Assembly (NCBI GenBank): GCA_964016885.1
Contig: OZ024743.1
Coordinates: 320,230,001 to 320,294,000 of the forward strand
Source: Eledone cirrhosa
Taxonomy: Eukaryota
Direction: 5' to 3'
Length of the DNA: 64,000 bases
Shown here: in pieces, positions 1 through 13,799 of the stretch
How positions within the stretch are numbered: the stretch's first letter is position 1
Layout: the number at the start of each line of letters is the position of its first letter
The notes under the pieces: model-generated
Database searches by the model: none
Told to the model about the DNA's origin: nothing
The model's input: only the letters and a program-made list of their open reading frames with translations
Position numbers and translations under genes: made by a program

Positions 1-1625
1 TCATTGAACCAAGAAGTCTTCCTGCCAATCGGCGCAAGACCAAGCCTCTTTTGCAAGCAGGATTTAACAGCTGAAGCAGAAACTTCTGTGCTGAACAATC
101 TCTGAATTTGGATGCAATTGGATCTGCATAACTGGCCTTCATTTCCTTTTCCACCAATGCTTCCCGTTCTATCCAGGAGGTCGCTCTGGAACTGCCAGTT
201 TTCTGGGCTTCTTTGGCTTTAGGTACTCAAGTTGCAGATAACAAGATGGTGATCACTTGACAGCTCAGCCCCTCTCTTAACTCGAGTCCAATCTAGCTGA
301 TGAACAGTGTGGTTTTCTCCGCGGACGCAGCATAGCCGTCCAAATATTCACACATCGTGGGAGTATTGCCAAGATATATATTCTTGTGTTATCGAACTTC
401 GGAAGACATATGATCACATTCCACGGGACCTGCTATGGAAGTTTGTGCAGGAGTATGGGATTGATGGTCAGCTTCTTGCTGTCTTGATGTCTCTATATGA
501 ATTCCCGAAACCATTCAATGTCGGAATCGGAATCTCCTGTTAATTATTTACATAAACAGGATTGTATGCGCAGCCGGTTTGGAAGTGGTATCGTGTCTGG
601 CATTTGTAAAATGGGTCGCATGGAATTTTCAGACGACATGGTGCTACATAACTCGACAGATCTTCGACTTCCGCATCTCACCTTCCTTCTGAAGGATACT
701 TAAAGAAAAGGATAAGTTGGTGTCCGGAGAGAAAGGTGTTTGCCCTCAGTCCTTTTAACCTCGTCCACCATATTACCTCTCTCGCCATAGCCACCAGACA
801 GAGGAAAACCGTCTCTCCTTCGTTCTTAAATGAAGGCGGCGGGGTGATCCTCACGATTGTCTCGGCTGACAACTGGATGCGTCCCACACATGACAGCAGC
901 TGTTCGACATAATAGGTTTGATGCCGAGTGCTGCATGGCTGGAATTAAAATCAGTGCTGCAAAAACTGAGACACTCGTCCACTCGAGGAAGCCTGCAAAC
1001 TGCACGCTACATATGAGTGGAGTTTCACTGAAGCAGGTAGAGAAGTTCAAGTATCTCGGGGCCGTGTTCACGAGTGATGGAAGGCAGGACGCTGAATTAA
1101 ATGCAAGAATTGCAAAAGCTGGAGTAGTAATCCGCCACCTGCAGCATTCAGAAGGGAGGTAGGCGTAAAAGCAAAACTCGCTATCTTCAATTAGTCTTTC
1201 GTGCCCACCCTTACCTATGGTCATGTATCTTGTTTAATGACCGAATAATACGATCGCGAATACAAGTGGCAGAAATAGAATTCCTCTGATGGGTATTTAG
1301 AGTACAGGAATCTGAGGCTCATTATATGTAGAACCGCTACTTCTCCGAATTGAGAGATAACAGCTCCAATACTATGGGCATGTGGTTAGAATGTCTCGGG
1401 TAAGAATCGCTGGACAGATTTTACGGAAAAAACCAACCGGCAGAAACCCAGGGGTAGATCCCGATTAAGATGGTTAGATAACATCCATGAGCTTGGCTGG
1501 TCACGCTTGGGGATCCAGCCGGATCAGTTGGAGACGGTAGCTTCTGACAGGACTAGCTAGAAGGAGTGTTTGAGGACTCTGACCCTACGACCCTCTCGGG
1601 AAAAAGTGGGTGATGAAGAGTAAGA
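1..1625 (+). mobile_element. Decayed RTE-clade LINE, copy 1 (the inverted 5' part runs off the window)
   Basis: RT remnants EQCGF, YDHIPRDLLW..QEYGIDG, GIKISAAKTE, VEKFKYLG; many stops; GAAGAG/TAAA-type tail. Confidence 0.8.
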
Positions 1626-2319
1626 GTAAAAGAAGTAAATAGATAAATAAGTAAATAGATAAATAAGTAAATAAATGTCCAGTTATTGTTATCTACCCTT
1701 CAGTCTTGTATTATCACATAAGTAAGTTCTCTCTGTTAAAGTTCGGTTTAATGTTTAACAAGCAGTATTGCGATTCTATTCACTGACATGTGATGATGAA
1801 TATGGGATTCCTCTTCTTTAAATATCAACAAAAGTGGTCATTTGTTTCTACACCTATGTTACTGGAGAGGAAACTATGATAACTAATTCCACAGTGATAT
1901 TAATAGCCATAGATATGACGTTCTACATATATATACATGCACACACGCGCTCGCGCGTCGCACACACACACATATATATATATTATTTTTATTTTGAAAC
2001 GGAAGCAGATAAATCCACGAACCTTGAGACCTACAAACACGGCCAAGTATAAATGCATAACGTATGCATGATTTTCATCGAAATATGTATATATAAACTT
2101 TTGTTAACAAAATTTTAAGTTTCAAATATCATAAAGAGACAAAAACATAAATATACATAAGTGCATTTATAATTTTATCCTGATAAATCAAATTCAGCTA
2201 ATGATGTCATTTGCAATATAATTACATGTAAAGCTTTAGAAACTAAATTTATTGTCTGTAATAGAAATTGATTTTGACATAGTACTAATTTTTTTATTTT
2301 TTTTATTTTCCTTATTAAG

Positions 2320-2337
2320 CACCACCCCTACAACCAA
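2320..2337 (+). CDS. 18-nt Pro-rich linker microexon (APPLQP), repeat copy 1
   Basis: Polypyrimidine tract + taag|CACCACCCCTACAACCAA|gtaagt; phase 1-1, in frame with the EGF and vWA exons. Confidence 0.75.
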
Positions 2338-2377
2338 GTAAGTAGCTGCATCTCTCTCTTTCTCTCTCTCTCTCACT

Positions 2378-2411
<34 letters not shown>

Positions 2412-2440
2412 CTAGCTAGCTATCTATCTACCTATCTCTC

Positions 2441-2521
<81 letters not shown>

Positions 2522-2555
2522 ACATATATACATATATGTCTATCTTTCTGTTTTT

Positions 2556-2656
<101 letters not shown>

Positions 2657-4448
2657 ATATCTATCTAAATATCTGTCTATCTATCTATTTATCAATTTAT
2701 CAATCCATCCAACATCCCATTCAATATTCAATCCTGGCATTGTTACTGTCAAACCACGCACATTAAAAAAAAAAAACATTTCTTTATCAACAGCCTCAAT
2801 GCTGACTATAATTCCTCTCCAACTTTAGAAAGAGGATCTCAATTCGTGGCTAGGAACTTGCTGTTTTCTTCCTCAAATCTGCTTCCTTATAAGGGTCATT
2901 TTACCTGCCACATCAGTTTAATGTTTCGTCACTTTCCTTAAGATGCTATGGCAATTTCACGTTAGGCTAGCTCTCAAGTTAAAGTAATTCGAGAGTCCAG
3001 TGGGTTTTGTTTGAGATTGTGTTCTGGGTGTCGAAACCGCGGGTGTGTAGAAATGGTCGACCATTTTTTTTTTCACTCTGTATACAAGTTATATTTTTCA
3101 CGTTCTGTATACAAGTTATATTTTAACCTCATTGACTCATTATGATGATTCGGAAGACCCATTTTTAAGTTCTCACTGAAAAGACACTGGTAGCTTGGAC
3201 ATTTCTACTGCTGGATGCTACTTGCCCCTGGCCATTACTGCTGATAATGATGAAGTAGTGGGACATATTGCCTTGCTTAATTTGTGACAATTTCCGGAGC
3301 CTCAACTGATGGCAATATAGTAGCAATAAGCTATGGTTTGTCTTAATATCTATTACGCAGATGTCAGCAAAACCTCTGATGTCAAATATATCTACGTTGT
3401 TATCAACATTCACTTCGAGAGTGCCGTTAGAGTCGACATGTCTAATAAGCTAGAATCGAAGACAGGCTGGGATAGACAATACCATGGCCAATATTTGGTA
3501 AGGCGTGTCAGAAGAAAATGATATCAACTTGTATGCCAGGAAAGGCTCAGATGCTTCAGGGTCAAAACAAAAACGGAAGTACTAGTTCATGAAGCGAAAG
3601 TTTGGTCATGAAGAACTATGAGAATAGAATAATAAAAACGGATCCTAAAACTAAATGGAGAACGTACAAGCATTACTGTTGACTCCATTACCTCTGAAGG
3701 CCCGGTTCTTCCCAATTCTGAATATATACACGAGTATGCTCCAATTGACAACCATATGCACTGGACAGTATGACAAATCTTCATGAAACTGGACAAGAAG
3801 CAGTATAAAAATATACTAAACACGGTATATGACATCAGCTTGGCGAAAAACCTCTGGAATATGCCCATAAAAAACAGAAAATGAAATCAAGGCAAACTAT
3901 CAAAATAAAATAGTCAAAGATTTAACAAACCCACACGTGTACACTAATATATATTGAAATTACTACTGACCAAAATATTGCTAGAAAAATAGTGAAACAA
4001 CTGTCACTATACAATATGTAGTGTAAAAACACTGCTGTATGTTAAAAATAACAACAAAACATTGACGCTGTACTAGGGTGCACAGGGCAATAATCTTTCC
4101 ACAGAAAAACACTGCTAGGAACAGCTCACACCATGGGCAAGGCATTATCAATTCGAAGCAAATTTTAATGGTTAATAATTTAGACACAGGGACACAGTTT
4201 TATAGGTAGAATAATGCAACAAATTCGACATCAGCCATTTCGTGGTACTTTATTTATCGACCTTGAAATGTTGAACAGGAAATTTGACCTTGAGGTTATT
4301 CACTTAAGAATATAAAGAGATTAAAAAAAGTAACGGTTTCTGATTAAGGCACAGTGCATTATCAATTTTGCCAATTGACCGCCATCGACATCTTTCTTTT
4401 TCTTTACAATTAAACATGTTCTTGCATTTAATTTCCACTTTTATTTAG

Positions 4449-4815
4449 TGATAACGCAATAGCTGATATTATATTAGTGCTGGACGACTGAAATTATGAT
4501 AAAATTAGAGAAAGGAAAGTCATTCGTAAAGACGATAGGAAACATCTTTAATATTAATCAAAACAGCGTTAGAGTCGGAGCCCTGTCATTCAGTTTCCAA
4601 ACCAAAGTGAAGTTTAACCAACATAAATATTAAGTCAATGAGATATTAGGAGGGTTATCGGTAGTATAACATACAAATTGGAAGTGCCTACACACACAAG
4701 GTTCTTGGTTACTTGAGAAAATATTTTAATCCATGATTCGTAGATATGCTAAGTGTCCTGAATATTGCAATCATTATATACAAGGGAAAATCTGAAAATG
4801 CAAGGTTTACAACCG
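4449..4815 (+). pseudogene. Decayed vWA exon, copy 1
   Basis: Remnant motifs NAIADIILVLDD*, SVRVGALSFS, GSAYTHKVLGYLR, NIAIII..GKSENA parallel the intact vWA exon, with stops and frameshifts. Confidence 0.75.
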
Positions 4816-5114
4816 AATCGACCTCAGCAGAATTTGAAAACATAACATATAAGGCATTTTGTCCGACGTTCTACTGATGTCACCATAGCACCCATCCACA
4901 CTTACAGCAGTAATATCCCTATAATCATAATGATACTTAAGAATAATTGCTTAATAGACATTGCCGTAATCTTCTATGATAGTATGAATTACAATAAAAT
5001 ATATACAATCATATATATTAATATAAAGCTACTTATAATCTTACTTTCTAAATGATGTAAACTTTACTATCGTGTTTTTTTTCATGTCTTGGCAATATTT
5101 TGTTTTACTTTTAG

Positions 5115-5681
5115 CTTGTAATAACGCAGTTGCTGATGTTGTGTTCGTGCTGGATGAATCCGGTAGTGTTAAACTCCACAACTTTAAAAAAATGAGGAAT
5201 TTTGTTAAAGACATAGTGAGTTCTTTTGACATCGGTCGCGACAGCATTCGTGTTGGAGTCGTAAAATTCAGTTACAATCCCACAAATGTGTTTTACCTGA
5301 AGAAATATTATACGAAGAACGACATAATAAAAGCTATCGATAGAATACCTTACAAGAGAGGATCTACTTACACGCACAAGGTTCTTAATTACTTGAGAAC
5401 TAGTGCTTTTAAGGCAAGCAATGGAGATAGACAAAATGCCCCGAATATTGCTATCGTTATAACTGATGGAAAATCTAAAAATGCAACCTTAACAGCTGAG
5501 GCAGCAAGGAAATTACGAAAAGAGAACACGATAGTTTTTGCTATTGGAATCGGCAAAGGTATTGGAAAAGCTGAGTTAAATACGATTGGTAGCTCGCCAA
5601 GCAGGGAATATGTATTTTCAGTCGACAACTTTGATGTTCTAAAATCAATCGAAAAGGAATTGGTTGAAAAAACTTGTGGAG
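5115..5681 (+). CDS. vWA domain exon with intact MIDAS, copy 1
   Basis: ttttag|CTTGT...TGTGGAG|gtatgt; 567 nt, phase 1-1; ADVVFVLDESGS, GSTYT, VITDG. Confidence 0.93.
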
Positions 5682-6156
5682 GTATGTACGAAATTATGTA
5701 TCGATATTTTGAGCACTTACTTGAAAATCTATAAATTTTCCCTTCATATCTTTGCATAACCCGAAATTAGGATGTACAGCCGTATGAAGGATATGGGGTA
5801 CTAGAAGAGAACTTCTCATAATCCTTGAAGTATTAACATGGGTTTTAATTATGGTTAATCAATTATAGTCTTCGTTGAACTCTTAACGTATTCAATTAAT
5901 CAATGAATAAATGATGATGATATGCAAACTAAGTGGTCTTCCGATCCTGTAATTAGTTAAATGCCATACCTTTAATATTTTCTCGACTGCACAAACGATG
6001 TTGATGGCCAGGCACCTTCAGAATAATTACAGCTTTACTTCTAGAAACAAGTGTTCCTGAAAATTGACTAAGTGTATTTTGTAATATATTTTGGCGTGTG
6101 AAATATTTCTCATACAACGTTACGAAAATATAATTTTTTAAATGCATATACACGCG

Positions 6157-6205
<49 letters not shown>

Positions 6206-6310
6206 ACATATATATACTAATAGTAATGAGATTCACAGAAAGATGCACTAGTATATGTGTGTACGGCTCCGGCGTTGACCAGTTTTGCTCAATGACCGAA
6301 AGAGTTAAAA

Positions 6311-6755
6311 TAATCAATTAATCAGAGCTATTTATCAAACTAAAAATGCGAGTAAATAATAGAGAAAAATATACCTATTTTTCTTCACAGTCCAGACTGC
6401 AGTTTCGCCAAATTGCTTTGCAGTAATCATTCACTTCTATAGTGCATCTATGCAGCAAAGCAATTTGGCGAAACTGCAGTCAGGATTTTGAAGAAAAAAT
6501 AGGCATATTTTTGTCTAATATTTCCTCGCATTTTTAGTTTGATCAGACCATGACGCAACACAATTGGCGGCGTCATCAGATGTAAAGAACATAAAAGATG
6601 TAAAAGATTTAGTTCAGTAATCCCTACAGGGTTACGGCATATTATAAACACATAATCGATACTGAGGCTGCCCGGCCAGCGATGCAATTCGGTATATTTT
6701 TCTCTATTATTTACTCGTATTTTTAATTTGATAAATAGCTCTGATTAATTAATTA
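6311..6755. mobile_element. MITE-like element with ~65-bp terminal inverted repeats and an internal palindrome (duplicate at 20359-20803)
   Basis: 6311-6375 is the reverse complement of 6691-6755; internal arms gactgcagtttcgccaaattgctttgc / gcaaagcaatttggcgaaactgcagtc. Confidence 0.7.
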
Positions 6756-6839
6756 TTCTAATTATGCCTTACTAGACTTCTTTTCTAGTATTTGGCTCTC
6801 AAATATGAACACCTTCTTCAATCAGTCATCCATAAATAT

Positions 6840-7190
6840 ACATGGTATGAAAGGAATCGGAGATAGAAATAAAAAATGTTGTTATTGACTCTGATCTTTT
6901 CGATTCTCTGCTGGTTGTTCATATTAAGAGAGAGGCTGAACTGTTAATTGATCACCATCTAGTTATTTGTAACTTGAGACTAACTAATGTCAAGAGAGCC
7001 CACAGATCTGGCAGCTTTATGTCGTCTACAGAATTAAGTGGAAAATGTTGATGGATAAGAAAATAAGGAACAGTTATGCGGATACTATTGCATAAAAATT
7101 CAGAGAAATGAGTAAAGCGATGTTGTTGAAAGAGAGTAGTGACTGTTTAGCTCGGTAGTTTCTAATTCAGCTGTTAAATGTTGCGGCTGA
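6840..7190 (+). mobile_element. Decayed LINE AP-endonuclease fragment, RTE-like (duplicate ~20888-21238)
   Basis: TWY...ID...IKREAELLIDHHLVICNLR resembles the APE C-terminal SDH motif. Confidence 0.6.
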
Positions 7191-7839
7191 AATGTTGCGG
7201 CATATCATCAACACATTGTTGTTTCATATGTCTTAGTCTTTGTGTTTTAAATATATTTGAGCTGTTTAGAGTTAAAATCCTTGTAACAGGTACTAAGACA
7301 TGCAATAATATCAATACTATTATTATTAAAATGTATTATAAGGTAGGTATTGTTATATGGAGATCATCGTAGTCTTATATTTTAGTCTTATGCTCTTTCC
7401 CCAATGGCTTGCCATGGAGGAAACAGGAAAATAGTTAACTGAACTCCTTGCCCAAGTAAAACAGACGTGAACATTTCAGAATCAAGGGAAAAATTACACA
7501 CGTTCGTCTAGCCTATGATAATAGCCCCCTCTACAGAAACCCGCAAATAATCAATACAGGGACACTGTGCATGTTCACGACAACATTTAATTTTCTTTAT
7601 TGTTTTGTCAATATTTTGTTTTACGTCTCATTAGGATAATTTACATGGTTCTTCTAATCTTGGCTCAATGAACGTTTCAATATAGCTAAGCTGCAAACGA
7701 ATTCTAGATTCGTTTAATTCGATGAATATGAGATATTGTATTTCTTATCGGGGTAACCTGTGTGATAGGAAGACATGAAGGTAAGGGGCTGGTGTAGTAC
7801 AGTAGCAATAGTGTTTCTTTTAATAAGGTTTTTGACATA

Positions 7840-8460
7840 GCAGAATTTTCCCCTCTACAAATTTAAAGACAACGCTTTCTACACCCAGCGCATTATCAAG
7901 GAATCACATTTTATCGCTAAATCCGAATCCCCTCTAAATGCATCTATTTCAAACGAAATTGCAGCTGGCACACTTTAAAATTAGCACCTTGCACAAATTA
8001 AGGAAGATCTCTTTGAAACATTCACACTGCAGGTCAATTTAAGAATGACAGCATTACAGACAGAAATATCAATATATATATTTTTAGAAACAATTAGTTC
8101 CTCAGTCAACTCTAAGGTCACTCAATCATTTAAGTCAACCCCACGGACAGCTCCCATTACCCTTATTAATTGTGATACTATTACTACTACACCTTCCTGT
8201 CGTCCCCTTCTGATTCATCCACCCCTTCTCCGTCTTCCCCTTTCTTACCATAGCCCTGGTATTACTACCACACCTATCCCATGACCCTCCCTCGTTGAGA
8301 AAGCATATATGCTGAAACCGGTACAATTAAATGCGGAAATCCCTATTTTGTTAATAAATGTTTTGATGTTATTCTGAGACAGAATCCTTTTAGTATTTTC
8401 TACTGTTCATTTTCCTTTATTACTATTTTTTATGTATATCAACTCGTGTGTCACTTCTAT
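7840..8460 (+). mobile_element. Penelope-like element 3' remnant (duplicate ~21895-22520)
   Basis: FPLYKFKD...QRIIKESHFIAKSESPLN resembles a GIY-YIG C-terminus; followed by a hammerhead-like motif at 8295-8323 and (TA)n. Confidence 0.6.
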
Positions 8461-8467
8461 ACATTCC

Positions 8468-8506
<39 letters not shown>

Positions 8507-8627
8507 TGTATATATAGTGTATTTCGTAATACAATGTATGCTTAATTAAAATCATTTTGAAGACCATACGCTATTGCTTTAAAATACTGACTATGTCACT
8601 TATTTAAATTTTCCGCAAACAGGGGAG

Positions 8628-8680
8628 ATAAACAGACAGAGCTCTGTTTCGTACTTTTTGGTACTTATCAAAGTTCACTA
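8628..8680 (-). ncRNA. Minimal type-I hammerhead ribozyme, U3-A8 core (duplicate 22711-22762)
   Basis: Minus strand gtgaact-TTGATAA-GTAC caaaaa GTAC-GAAAC agagctct GTC-tgtttat. Confidence 0.65.
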
Positions 8681-9084
8681 CTCAACTTGTTTGCTGAAAA
8701 CTATGTGCGTTGGATTCTTATAGAATTCCAGTAATAATCAGGAACTGATTATACAGAGCAGTCGCCGGCGCAGCAGAAATTGAAAATTAGAATTGGTGCT
8801 CTGAAATAGCGATATATATATGAATGTATATATAGTGTATTTTGCAATACAATGTATGCTTAATTAAAACATTTTGAAGATCATACGCTATTGTTTTAAA
8901 ATAGTGACAATGTCACTATTTTAAAACAATAACGTATGGTCTTCAAAATGCTTTTAATTAAGCATACATTTTCTAGAAATACTCGAAATATTAACTTTCA
9001 CTATAATGTGTAATTTTGACACAACACAGCTATTGTTAACTAATGATTAGATTATTTAATATCTATTTAAATGTTGATTTGAAG

Positions 9085-9198
9085 GTGTTGATCCGTGTGG
9101 CAAGAAACCATGCCAAAATTGAGGTGTTTGTACCAACAACGGCAAAATTTACAGTTGCTATTGTATGGCTGTATTGTCAGGGACAGATTGTACTGTTG
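9085..9198 (+). pseudogene. Dead EGF exon, copy 1
   Basis: VDPCGKKPCQN*GVC...DCTV: GGA>TGA stop and donor GT>AT (G|ataagt). Confidence 0.82.
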
Positions 9199-9684
9199 AT
9201 AAGTAGAATATAACAATTAATTATTGACATACTTATGTCTAAGCCTTAATAAATATAATGGTTTCTGGTTTAGGTGCAAGGATTTGAAATCACACCATAA
9301 AGAGCCGTATCTTTTTGCTGCAAAGCATGGCATCCGACCCTCTACCGATACTGCCAATCCACTCTAATGATAATGATGGTTTCTTATATTAGATTCATTG
9401 TTATCGTGTAAATGATGACATAGAAAGTCATCCATGAAACTCGGGGTTGTATTATAATTTTCAATAACAGGATTAGCAAAAAACATGGATTAATACATAG
9501 AATATAAATAACCACAAGAAATTATCAAATAAATCGTCAATAGTCATATAGGTGATAATAAGTACACATATCAAAAAGCCCGGATTATGATGATACATTT
9601 AATGCTTTGTCACCAGCATATAGTTCCATTATTAGATATTGCACTACATAACAATGGGAAATAACCCATTATTAACAACAACTA

Positions 9685-9761
<77 letters not shown>

Positions 9762-9976
9762 GGAATTCAAGATAATCTTAAGAACTATTTAAAACTAGTT
9801 TAAACTAGTTTAAAACATTAACTTTTAATTTATTGCGATTCACTCTTCTATTTGTTAAATTTCTTCACAAGGACGTATTTTATTTGTTTGTAAAAATTAG
9901 GATCATTTTCAGTCGATGCATTTATTGATAACTGATGATTAGTATATTTAATATCTATTTAAATATTGATTTGCAG

Positions 9977-10087
9977 TTGAACCCTGTGACACGAAACCAT
10001 GCCAAAATGGAGGAGTTTGTAAAAACAGCGGCAAAACATACTCTTGCTTATGTAAGGGTGGATTCTCTGGGAAAGATTGTTCTGTTG
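9977..10087 (+). CDS. EGF-like domain exon, copy 1
   Basis: ttgcag|TTGAACCC...TCTGTTG|gtaaga; 111 nt, phase 1-1; EPCDTKPCQNGGVCKNSGKTYSCLCKGGFSGKDC (6 Cys). Confidence 0.92.
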
Positions 10088-10279
10088 GTAAGAAGAATAT
10101 AATAATTAATTATTTACTTATATATGCCTTCACCTTGATATATTGAATTGAATGCACTAAATGTTTATGTATAACGACTTTCCCTGTCAGAAATTCTCTG
10201 ACAAAATAATGTATAGTTATACAGGATATATGTATTCTTTTACCTGTTTCAGCCATCCGGCTGAGGCCATGCTGGGGCA

Positions 10280-10372
<93 letters not shown>

Positions 10373-10440
10373 ATATATATATATATATTATATATTATGG
10401 AATACTGTTGGCTTTTGCTACAATGTTTACTATACCTTTC

Positions 10441-10527
<87 letters not shown>

Positions 10528-10883
10528 TATATACATATATATATATAAATCAAGAAAGAAGAATTGACTGGTTATAATAAAGAATTGGTGATCGATTGAC
10601 GCAAAAACAGGCGGATAGCGATCTCTAGACCTACCAGTTCAGAGAAACAATTGTCAGCGATGTGAATGGAGCCCTTATTGTATAGCAAACCGTGTCACTC
10701 TTCTCTTTTGATCTATTATTACTCCAAGTGTAAACTACATAGAAATCACCGCGTACTCGCAGCATCACTATTGAAACGTCTTGTTGAGTCAAACTTAGCC
10801 AAGCGTTAATACTATCCACTACTCGGAGTACCCTAACTGGACTACATCTAAGTGGACTACCTATAACGATAATTTGTTATCCC

Positions 10884-12917
<2,034 letters not shown>

Positions 12918-13019
12918 TTACCCACTCTACTACCCTAAGTATTGAGTACTTGGTGCGTTATGGTCCTCCTGGCTCCTTACCACATTTCCTTCGTTATATA
13001 TATATATATATTTATATAT

Positions 13020-13072
<53 letters not shown>

Positions 13073-13799
13073 TGAATAGAGAGAGAGAGAGTGACAGATA
13101 TTAGAGAGTCTAACATGGCAAAAACACATGGAGATATGCATATATCCTTCACATAAACTTGTATCTGTTGCTACTAATGTTGTTACTACTATTATTAAAA
13201 ACATTAGTACTCACAGATACGTTTTGTGAAGGTTCTATGTATATTATTAAAAACAAGTGTTTCTGGAAATGCTAGTAATATCAACATTCACTCTAATGCT
13301 GATAATGGTTTCTTATATTAGATAGAAATAGCATCGATTATATGGGTACAATACGCGATGACATACAATGTCAGCGATGATATTACTTCGAATAAATAAC
13401 AATAGAAATAGCAAAAAAATAAACAGAACGTTAATTACAACATTAATAACCACTGGAAATTATCAAGTAAATTTCGCGAATCACGTAGGCATTAATAAGT
13501 ACACATATCACAAACCCTGAATTAGGCTGACACTCAAAATGTATGTCTTCTAAGTTTTGCCAGCAGCCAACATCCACATAATTTGAAGACGTTCATAAGT
13601 TTCTGACAGCGAGAAATATCTCAGGCTTCAAATCTTTCGATTCTTTACATCTCGTAAATTCTTTGCTGCAGAGTAGTTGTTGGCAGTATAAAGACTCAGT
13701 ACGAACAGATTGAAAATATCAACTCTCTTCTCCTCGCGATAAAAAAACAAACGGTAAAACTTCAAAATTAACTGGCACGTAGGCTGTTTCTGTCAAGCG

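Noticed and set aside
3165-4190. Short ORFs in a possibly transposon-derived segment
   Set aside because: No recognisable domain, termini or compatible splice sites
5072-5734. 220-aa single-exon vWA protein with an apparent signal peptide
   Set aside because: The hydrophobic N-terminus is the translated polypyrimidine tract; the true exon is 5115-5681
9120-9122. In-frame TGA in the EGF-like exon as selenocysteine or readthrough
   Set aside because: It replaces Gly (GGA), not Cys, and the splice donor is also mutated; ordinary pseudo-exon
10590-10665. GAAAC aatt GTC hammerhead-like helix III (similar partial motifs near 30680, 46810 and 53820)
   Set aside because: No intact YUGANRA core with pairing stems I and II; too decayed to call
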